From positions 100,502,001 through 100,566,000 of the forward strand of contig OX597822.1 of the NCBI GenBank assembly GCA_951406725.2: DNA of 64,000 nt. Reading direction: 5' to 3'. The notes under the pieces are model-generated. The model saw nothing but the letters and a program-made list of their open reading frames with translations, was not told where the DNA came from and made no database searches. The first letter of the stretch is position 1. Each line of letters opens with the position of its first letter. The stretch comes from Octopus vulgaris. Taxonomy: Eukaryota. The position numbers and the translations under genes are program-made. Positions 53,726 through 64,000 of the stretch are shown piece by piece.

Positions 53726-53956
53726 ACGGGAAGGTTTACGAAAATAAACAAAAGACGAAGGGAGGTGGAGTACAAACAAACAAATGTATTTGTATGGCCT
53801 TTCAGGAATAGAAATAGAACAAGTCTTTTATGTTTCGAGCCTACGCTCTTCGACAGAAAGATACACAGAAAAAAAAACAAGGAGAGAAACAAGGAGAGAG
53901 AAAAAATGCGTGTAGGAGCTAACGATCTATCATGGCGTTCTTACTTCGGGCAGCGG

Positions 53957-53960
<4 letters not shown>
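53726..53960 (-). mobile_element. Family H copy 2 (hammerhead variant 53823-53864)
   Basis: Homology to 48829-49015; (TA)n on both sides. Confidence 0.65.
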
Positions 53961-53997
<37 letters not shown>

Positions 53998-54563
53998 ACG
54001 GGCTTCTTTCAGTTTCCGTCTACCAAATCTATACACAAGGTTTTGGTCGGACCGAGGCTATAAGAGAAGACACTTGCCCAAGGTGCTACGCAGTGGGACT
54101 GAACCCGGAACCATGTGGTTGAGAAGAAAGCTTCTTGCCACACACACACACACACGCGCACACACACACATACACACACACACACAGTGTTAAGTACGAA
54201 TTAAATTATGCTATAGAAATTTATGCAAGGTCAAGGGGTCACTTACTGATCAGCGTACAGCAATAAGTAACACACTGGGCAGAGAGCACTTTTCGCTTTA
54301 GTGTATCGGATTGATTTTTAATGTGAATAATGTTCATTTGATCATTAACCATAGCAGACCACGAGACCGTCACACCTGTTCAGTCACCTCTAACAACCTC
54401 TTCAAAAACTTACCTGAGACCGCCCATGGTTCTATGACACAAATTTCCCGTTTTAAAGTGATCTAAATATTTTAAAAAATACCAAAAAAATCATCAAAAT
54501 CCTATATATATATGTGTACGTTTGTATGTATGTATTCATGTAGGAATTTGTGTGTACATATAA

Positions 54564-54618
<55 letters not shown>

Positions 54619-54862
54619 AAAGTATGTATAAATATGTATGCATGTTTGTGTAAAGATCGGTTGGGTGTGTGTACATGTGTGTGTGTGTGCTTGCGCGCAC
54701 ATGCATGTCCGTAACACAAACACACTGGTACACACACTTTACCTGCATGAAAATATCAGTATCCGTAATTCGACATGCCAAGACGTGTTATCGACTTTTA
54801 CACCTCCAACGGCCATACCATAACTATGGCACATAATCGGGAACATAATCGTAATATTATGG

Positions 54863-55360
54863 GAGCGGAGGCGTGACAGATATACAATAATCTACATATG
54901 GAAAATTCTAGAAAGGCTAGTGCCTGATTTTCAGCATTGAGTGTTATAGAAATGCCAGAACTGGCCGCCATTGTATTGTACCAAAGGTTTTATCCACTCC
55001 AACTAAATTCAGCACGAAGTATTGCAATAGCCTAGGGTCCAAAGGCCCACAGCTCTACAATGCCCTGCAATAAAAATTAAGAAATCTGCATAAGGTAGAA
55101 CTTGATGTCTTCAAAAGGGAACTGGACATCCTCTTCTCCACAATATCGGATGGACTAACAGCCCGACATGAGGTACAGACGAGGGCAGAGGAATCAAACT
55201 CCCTTATATACCAAATGGGCCAACAGATGCGTCAAAGGCACATTCAGGAGTGGTGATGTGAAACATCCCAGACTGAGGAAATCAGAAACGACCACGTTGG
55301 TGCTCCAGCATGACCGCAGCCGCATGTCTGAAACGAGTAAAAGAGTAAGAATAAAATAGT
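54863..55360 (+). mobile_element. Degenerate CR1-group LINE 3' end with SINE-B-like tail
   Basis: ERRRDRYTIIYIWKILERLVPDF / RTGRHCIVP..NSLGSKGPQLYNAL..DVFKRELDI..RAEESNSL (frameshift, stop); tail ggtgctccagcatgaccgcag..ctgaaacgagtaaaagag. Confidence 0.85.
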
Positions 55361-55418
<58 letters not shown>

Positions 55419-55517
55419 AAATATATATAAATGGCGGTGCCCCAGCATGGCCACAGCTCATAAGCTGAAACTGGAAAAATCAATCAAAAAAAAAAAAATC
55501 AAAATCATACACACACA

Positions 55518-55551
<34 letters not shown>

Positions 55552-55582
55552 CATATATATATATACATATATATATATGTAC

Positions 55583-55629
<47 letters not shown>

Positions 55630-55664
55630 CACACACAAACACACATATGTATGCATGTATATAT

Positions 55665-55715
<51 letters not shown>

Positions 55716-56492
55716 TGTATGTATATGTAAGTGTGTGTTTGAGTGTGTGCGTATATACATGTGCACAGAGGTGGTATTTTGCATTTTATATAATTTATAT
55801 GCACATCGTGTGCACATTTGCAGAAAGCTTTTAAAGTACCCAAATCAAAATTAAAAAGTATTTCATCTCAATGGCGCTCTGCCATATATATATTTAAGTA
55901 TCACCAACAACTGGTTCCCCCACTACATTTTATGGGCTACACCATACGAAAGAGATCCGAATGAATCTAGGTGTTAGATTTAATCTCAACCATAATAATT
56001 ATAAATAAGAGAAGTGTGTGAGTGTGTACGTGTGTATGTGTGTGTGTGAAACTTTATGAGCGCATGCATACGCACGTGTTCGCTTGTGGTTATATATAAT
56101 TATAAATATAAATATATGTGCATATAATTCTTTTTCATCTATATGTATAGAGATGAATGCCTGTATGTGTAAGTATATATGTGTATGTATTTGTGCGTGT
56201 GTATATATTTACATACGTAAAAACGCTAAGCGAATATATATATATATATATATATATATAGATGGATAGATAGATAGATAGGTACATGCACAGACACAAA
56301 CATACACACTCACACACACACACATGCATACACATACACGCGTGAGTGCGTTAGTGTATATGTTTGTTCATACATATAATTACAGGTAAAACATATAATT
56401 ACAAAATATACACATTCAAGGTAAATTGTAGTAATCTTATCTAACTAAAAAAACTTCTATACGCATCGTGCAATATACGTATATACATACAT

Positions 56493-56543
<51 letters not shown>

Positions 56544-56760
56544 GGTATGTAGAAAAATACAACATGGACAAGACCGTATAACTCTTAGAAGACGACACAA
56601 TAAACACGGACAGGACATTCGAAACCCTCAGTCTTCAGTCAAGAACCGGATCATCGTAGTAATTTCGGCTGATTAATCTTATATATATATATATGCCCAT
56701 ATCTAACGTCCAATATACCTACATACGAATATAGAAGGATAGTTATACACATCTATTCTT

Positions 56761-56800
<40 letters not shown>

Positions 56801-57197
56801 ACACACACACACACTCACACACACACACTCATTCACTCAACACACTTAACTCCTTCCCGTAACCTCTCAATCAACACACACACATGCTCTCTTATCCTCC
56901 CGTTCACACACACACACACACACACACACAGAGCATACTATGAACACGTACACATCTTTCTATAACGTTTATATAGTCTCCGTGCACTGATATCTCCACA
57001 ATTGATCGTCGCTATTTACCTGGTTACTAAGCACCCGGCATTCTTCTCTCGTGTAACACCCCCCCCCCCCCCCAACTACTCCCGCTTCTCCCGTTTACTA
57101 TCTTTCCAATTATCCTATCTGCTTTTTTTTTTTGGTTTTGTTTTGTGTTGTTTTTTCTTTTTAAATTTTATTCGATTTCTCTACTCCTTCCGTCTCC

Positions 57198-57727
<530 letters not shown>

Positions 57728-57797
57728 CGTCCCGAATAAGTTTTCATATTCCCTTTCACCTTTCGATATATAGTTATTTCTCTGTCTGTCTGTCTGT

Positions 57798-57833
<36 letters not shown>

Positions 57834-57994
57834 CGTTATAAATCTATCTCGCCAAGATGAAAAGATCGTACAAACCTTTTCTTTCTTTCTGTCTTTCTTT
57901 CTCCCACCCCCACCTTCTCTCTCTGGCTGTCTTTTCTCCCTTAATTTTCTCCTAGTCCTTACTACAATAAATGTACATGTTTACTTACACACTT

Positions 57995-58570
57995 TGAGAG
58001 TAAGAAGAGGAGAGGATTACTATGGACGAAGAAACAAGATACAAAAGGGGACCTGTGTGAAGAAGGTGACTGAAGTGATATAGATAGAGAAAGACAGAAA
58101 GAGAAAGAGAGCGGGAGAGAGGGAGAGGGATTGGAGATGGAGAGAAACAAAAGGAGAGGGTGAGGTGAGAAACGAGAAAAGAGGCCATGTGTGACAAGGT
58201 GAGATGCAGAGGGAGATAAAGAACGAGAGATAGAGAGGGGGGAGAAGCGAGGGAGAGTGAGAGAGAGGGGGAAACGAGGGAGATTGAGGAAGAAACTGGA
58301 AAGGAGAGAGGACAATTGATATGAGAAAAAAAAATAAAAGAGGCGAATGAGAAAAGAGGTCGTGGACAACAGCAAGAGACAGAGTAAGAAGAAGCGAGGG
58401 AGGGAGAGAGAGAGAGAGACAGCTACATAGATACAAAGAGAAGAGAGAATCATAGATACAAAGAGAGGGAGAGAGGTGACATACATACATACACAGAGAA
58501 GGAGAGAGAGAAAGGGGGAGAGGGGGGAGAAGAGAATTAAGAGGAGGTAGAAGTGAAGTATGTGAGAGAA
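57995..58570. repeat. Purine-rich (GA) low-complexity tract
   Basis: Strong strand asymmetry, imperfect GA repeats. Confidence 0.9.
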
Positions 58571-58614
58571 TAAAACAAATTTATTAAGTATGCATTCTGA
58601 GTAACAATTTTTCT

Positions 58615-58690
58615 TTTCTGTTGCCATTTCTGACGTCACTTCAACAAGTTTAGTGTTGTATTATTCAGAGAAGGGCACATTCCAATCACA
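58615..58690 (-). promoter_or_regulatory. Candidate promoter: CRE + CCAAT + half X-box
   Basis: GTTGCCAT 58620-58627, TGACGTCA 58631-58638, CCAAT 58682-58686. Confidence 0.35.
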
Positions 58691-59741
58691 TTTTTTTCTC
58701 GCTTCTTCTACGACGTCTAGTTGAGAATGCATAATTTTGTCACACCTGGTTGTTCACAAATATGTTCTATCATGTTTTCGGACGCCATACCAGCCAAACC
58801 AGTTTTGGACTATGAACTTTTCAAGTTATCTTTGTAAGAATGTTGCTGACGTTGTTGGTTATTGTTGGTCTTGTTGTTTTTCAGTTCATGTCAGCCATGA
58901 TCGAGCAGACGACCTATACGATTAAGCACATTTCAGCCCTTAAAACCTTATCTTTTTATGAATATATCAAGGACTAATAATATTGTCTCAAATAAAATGT
59001 CTGTCCCTATTTCTTAAGACAGTGGATGTTGTAATTTGGAGAGGACATTTGGCTGCTGTTTCAAGCACATAAATCGACCACTTTATGGTTCTCTTGTCTC
59101 AATTGAATTGTTGTTTAACCCTAGGTCAACCCTGATCGAGGCAAACTTATAAAAAGCATTTCGCCCTTTTAAGGCTATTTTGGGCATGTATTATCGGATG
59201 GCAGAGGGTGATTTGAGGAAGATTTAGTTACTCTTCATAGCAGGTCGAACAAATATAGAGACTTTCAATCGACTTACAAGTTTGCTAAGATATAAAATAA
59301 TAAGAGGTCACGGGATCTACTTGTTTCTTAGTGTTGCTACGTTCAAATCCCGCTGTAAACTATTCTTTCACAATATCCAGCAACTTGAGGAGCGCCTCTA
59401 CCTGGCTGCTCGACTTACAAGAAATAGCAACTAGACATCTCTCAGATGTAGTCTTAGATACACTGCGTGAAAGGAAAAAGAAATAGATCAGTGGTTCTCA
59501 TGACCTTTGCGGGTCCATATAAGATTTTGCTTCAATAAAGATTTTGTGTAATAAATCGGTTACACTGCTACAATGCATGAATAAATGTACTTACGTTGTA
59601 AGTCGAAGCCAAGCGACCTTCTTACCTTTTTGTTGTAAGCATTAGAAATAAGTAAAACAAATAACATCAATTATAAAGTATCCAGTTCAACTAACATCTC
59701 TAATCATCAGCCCTAAATATGTAAGGCATTTCTTATTTTAA

Positions 59742-59961
59742 CCCTTTAGTGTTCAGATTACTCTGTTAAATGTAATAATTTTTCACTCAAATTGTTTTGA
59801 ATTAATCATGCATTATCTTATAGCTTTGAGGTTTCAATGATGTGATTGTTTGTTTTTAGAATATCAATGTAGGTTAGGTGTGAGAGGCTAGATATCGCCC
59901 GTTTGAATGTAAAACATGTAGAATATCTGGGCCAGATATGGCCGGTTTAAACACTAAAGGG
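59742..59961. mobile_element. piggyBac-type MITE
   Basis: TTAA|CCCTTTAGTGTT ... AACACTAAAGGG|TTAA. Confidence 0.92.
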
Positions 59962-60959
59962 TTAAACAGTATCAGGCCGCTCACTTTCTGATATATTTTT
60001 ATTACGACTCGTCACTTAAAACATGGCACCCAATTTTCCTTCTCCCTTGCATACGAACGAGCGTATTCACTAAGTTATCTAAACGGTATGTTACATAATA
60101 AAAGTTCGTGGTATAACGTTTGATCACTGAGAACAAAACGCTGATTTATTAAGTCTGTGCTATCTATAAATGTACTAAGTTAGTGCTGACCGGATTTTTC
60201 CCGGCAACAATTAGTTGCTCCTATTCTTAGCACCAACAGCGAGACTAATGCTTTCATCGATTCTCCAATATACTTCTAATGTTCATTACTACAACATTTA
60301 CAATGGATATGCTTGTTTTAGCCTGTTTTATTAATATTTCATAACGAAATCAACAATACTTTGATCATATATGGCTTTACCCCAGTAGAATTTTATTAGT
60401 TTTATATTTTTGTTCACACCATAACTCAGTCGGGATGTTGTGAAAATATTTTTCAAACATGTTTTATGTATTTTATTTTTTAAGTATTTTTATCTTAAAT
60501 TTCCGTTCAGGGATTTTGATAATTGGTTTTTACAATGGGTTTTCTAGATGTACTGAGCGGTATGTCCTGTAACTATTGGCAAACCGACTTCACGGCCGAA
60601 CACTTTTGATTATTCTAACTTCGCTTACATCGTTTAATGCTTCTGGAAAAGATGTCACCCAACCTATTTTCGCCATCCATGTAAAGCTGAAATCTGTTTT
60701 GCTCCTAATAAGCAATCAATATTACTCAAGAGGAGTCCTGATTAGCAGAGGCGTTACAAACGTAAACGAAGTGAAATAAGTACGGCGTAAAACCTGTAGG
60801 GAAAACACTCGTTGCTATAAGACATTATTTTTTCATTTTGTAATTGTTTTAACCCTTTTGAAAATCGCGTCATTGCTTGAAGTAATCCAACAAATGAACA
60901 TCCGAATTGACAGAACAGTAGCAATAACAACAACGACAAATCACAACAATTATGATGGT

Positions 60960-61395
60960 TTCTGGTTAAAGCACAAGGCCAACAATTTTGAGGATGGGGG
61001 TTAGTCGTACCATGACACCAGTACTTGACTGGTACTTTATTTTATCAACTCCGAAATGATAAAAGGTAAGTTTGACTTCGGTGGCATTTGAACTCAGAAC
61101 ATAAAAGCCGGAAGAAATATCGCTAAACACTTTGTCCGACGCGCTATCGCTTCTACAGCTTCACCGCCATTAACAAAAATAGTAATATTTTCTTTCTACT
61201 ATTGGTACAAGGCCTGAAATCTTGTCTGGTACTTATTTTATCGAATTCGAAAGGATAAAAGCAAGATCGATCTCGGCGGGATTTGAACTCGGAACATTAA
61301 GAGTCAGAAGAAATGCCTCAATGCATTTTGTCTGACGTGATAACAATTCTGCAGGGAAGGGGTGAAGCCGATTACATCAACCCCATTACTTCACT
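60960..61395 (-). mobile_element. Cluster of diverged SINE family A copies
   Basis: Two degenerate central domains and heads. Confidence 0.75.
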
Positions 61396-61850
61396 ACTAC
61401 ACGAATAAGGAATAAAACAATAAATAAATAAATAAAACAATAAATAAACAGATAAACATTTTCTGCCAAGCTTACTCTTTCAAACAACCACGGTATTTGA
61501 TTTTTCTGTAGTCTAATAGTCGACTTCCGTTTTTGTTTAGATAACTAAGAAGAAAAGATTTGAGTGAAGCAGTGCAGGCCTAACCAACTTGTATAATATC
61601 TTTACTTAAGATAAGGCTGAATTGAAATAGGATATTCGAAATAACTATTTGTAACTGCACGGTATTGCATTCAAGTGTAGAAGAAAAATGAGTGACATAG
61701 GTTTAATGGTACTCTTAACGAAATAAATGATTCGCACCTCGGTTTTTTTTTTTTTTTATAGATGTTATTGCATCCATTTCACTAGGTTTTCATCGCTTAC
61801 GTCCTTGAGAGAGTCCATTAGACGGCTTAAATAAAGTATCCTCATATAGA

Positions 61851-62088
61851 CAGGGTTGGCCAAAAGTCACCCGACAATAAATCAAAGTTCCATAAATACT
61901 TAAATATTCAATTTTATTTATTCATTTGGGGAAATGGTGCCGCTCGTCGAGAAGGACTTCAGTTTGAACTGTTTTCATGACGCTTCATATTTAGACGCTT
62001 TTATTAAATTCATTCAGTTGTTAAACATAAATAAATTTTGGAATTAAATGGTTTTGATTTACTGTCAGGTGACTTTTGGCCAAACCTG
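61851..62088. mobile_element. Tc1/mariner-type MITE
   Basis: ~36-bp TIRs cagggttggccaaaagtcacccgacaataaatcaaa / tttgatttactgtcaggtgacttttggccaaacctg|TA. Confidence 0.88.
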
Positions 62089-62089
62089 T

Positions 62090-62134
<45 letters not shown>

Positions 62135-62136
62135 CA

Positions 62137-62277
62137 CTAGCAGTATAACCCAGCCTTGCCCGGGATTAAGTTACGATTATTAAGCTAATCAAGTTCTTTA
62201 TTTCAAACCAAACTAAGTAATATCGACGTCAAATTTGGGCGAAATCCGTTGAAATTGGTTATATTATATATATATTA

Positions 62278-62317
<40 letters not shown>

Positions 62318-62490
62318 AAATTTTCTTTATGGCCAAAATTTATCAAAAAGAGGTAGAGCGCTGATATAAAAACATTATAAAAACATTGATATAAAAACAT
62401 TGGTAAATTTAGTTTTCATTTTATAGTTTCAAGTTATACCTATAATATACAGAAAAATCATTGATAATTTTAATCCTCTAAGTGAAAATC
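62137..62490 (-). mobile_element. Helitron 3' end (minus strand)
   Basis: Reverse complement cccgggcaaggctgggttatactgCTAG|T; 5' extent uncertain. Confidence 0.65.
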
Positions 62491-62940
62491 AGCTTTGTAT
62501 TATCTAGTCGAAAGATATCAATATCTTACTATTGGTATCTTTCGATCCGATAATATGGTAAACGCCCCAGAGAACTAAGTAAAGGTTCCAACATGCATGC
62601 ACATCACATAATCTCATTTCTCTTCCCCCCCCATTTATCTGAACCTTTGTAACTATGTATGAAATCAATAACGCATACGGTAGGTGAGTGCTTGGAGCAG
62701 AAATAAGCTTTCGGCAAGTTGACTTTGCGACTCGATTCTGATTCATGATCGAAGTAACAGCTAGGCGGATTGTGTCAGCAGGAGTTAAATGTCTTAGATG
62801 TGAAAGACATCACAAAGCCGTAGTCATAAGACAAAAATATCGATATTTTGGCTAGCAGTTCGAGCGTCATATCGATTCGGCCATCTTTCTAGGATTTCAC
62901 TAAAAAGAAATAGAAGGAAAAGAAGGAACACTTTGAATTG

Positions 62941-63135
62941 AGAGCCACGTTGAGTGATTCGTAATATGCAAGATTATTCGCACAAACCTATATTCTGTTA
63001 TACTACAGGCAGAGCCATGTTGAGTGAATTGTAAATTACAAGAGGATTCGCTCAAACCTACATTCTGTTATTCTATAGTCAGACCCATGTTGAGTGGATC
63101 GCACATTAACAATTATCCGCCCAAACCGACATTGT
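62941..63135. repeat. Diverged 70-bp minisatellite, ~2.8 copies
   Basis: aga[g/c]cca.gttgagtg...aaacc.a.att at 62941, 63011, 63081. Confidence 0.85.
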
Positions 63136-63376
63136 CATTCTTTAACGAGAGTCATGTTACCGAACCGTGAGTGTGTGTGTGTACATGCGAGTGTGCGTGC
63201 GTGTGTGCGCGTGTGTTATGGCTAGAGGCGTGGTCGAGTGGTCAAGATGTTCGCTTCACAGTACTGAAGCCCCAGGTTCGATCCTACTGTATGACATTTG
63301 ATCAAGTATCTTGCCTTCTCTCGCTCCCCCATATTTTCATATTCAACATCTGATTCTTTCCCTCGTTCCATATTTA

Positions 63377-63437
<61 letters not shown>

Positions 63438-63485
63438 GTCTACACACACATACACACATTCACATGTATATATATATAAATATAC

Positions 63486-63775
63486 AGTTGAAGTTTACAG
63501 AAAAACAAAAGGTGAAGATAGGTGTATGAACAACAAGCACGTGCATTAGTTTGATGCTCGGGAAAATGAGAAAGTCTTTGACGATTCGAGCCTACGCTCT
63601 TCAAGAGAAAGGAATATGAAAAAATAAACAGAGAGAGAACAAAAAAAAAAACTTGTGGATTTAGCGGTCAAGCATGGCGACTGGTTGGAAAAAAAAGTTT
63701 TGACAGGAGAGGTTGAAAGAAGGGGAGATAATAAAGTATTGGTGATCCTAAAACGAAGGCGCGCCTGTTTATGTG
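63486..63775 (-). mobile_element. Family H copy 3 (degenerate hammerhead variant 63574-63613)
   Basis: Homology to copies 1 and 2. Confidence 0.6.
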
Positions 63776-64000
63776 TATATGTGTGTGTGTGTTTGTGTGT
63801 TTGTGTGGGCTAGTGACTCAGCACCGGTGCTTTTTTTTATCAACTTTAAAAGGATTATAGGCAAAGTTGATACCAGTGGGGATTGAACTAAGAACGTATG
63901 GCGCCAGAAGAAGTATCGCAAAGCAATGCTTTGTAATATTTAGTTCCCTTTCTTTGTGCTTCCAGTTAAAATCATGTTAAAGTTGATCAAATACCTGTAT

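Noticed and set aside
57962-58639. 225-aa Leu/Ser/Phe-rich ORF
   Set aside because: Product of a pyrimidine-rich low-complexity strand.

Overview
AT-rich animal genomic DNA, dense in microsatellites and repeats. The SINE families and repeat density suggest a cephalopod (octopus-like), but that is inference. Nearly all ORFs in the supplied track are microsatellite artefacts. One convincing host coding exon is present (13719-14636, + strand, ending in a GAG|GTAAGA donor; helical, weakly spectrin-repeat-like), and I found no downstream partner exon. The rest is retroelement debris (Dong/R4-, CRE-, RTE-, CR1- and L1/Tx1-like LINE fragments), three tRNA-derived SINE families, MITEs (Tc1/mariner, piggyBac, 8-bp-TSD type) and Helitron/Helentron ends. 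The most interesting signal is a set of about seven minimal type-I hammerhead ribozyme motifs with palindromic, loop-less stem III, the Penelope-associated dimer type. Three belong to one family sharing a non-canonical core (CUGU-N-GAA), and one has a U3-A8 core. Also notable: SINE multimers with the same junction inserted as single TSD-flanked units, one SINE head with several different tails, a SINE/CR1 shared 3' tail, and a non-coding element found in (TAA)n context. All calls are by eye, with no database search.
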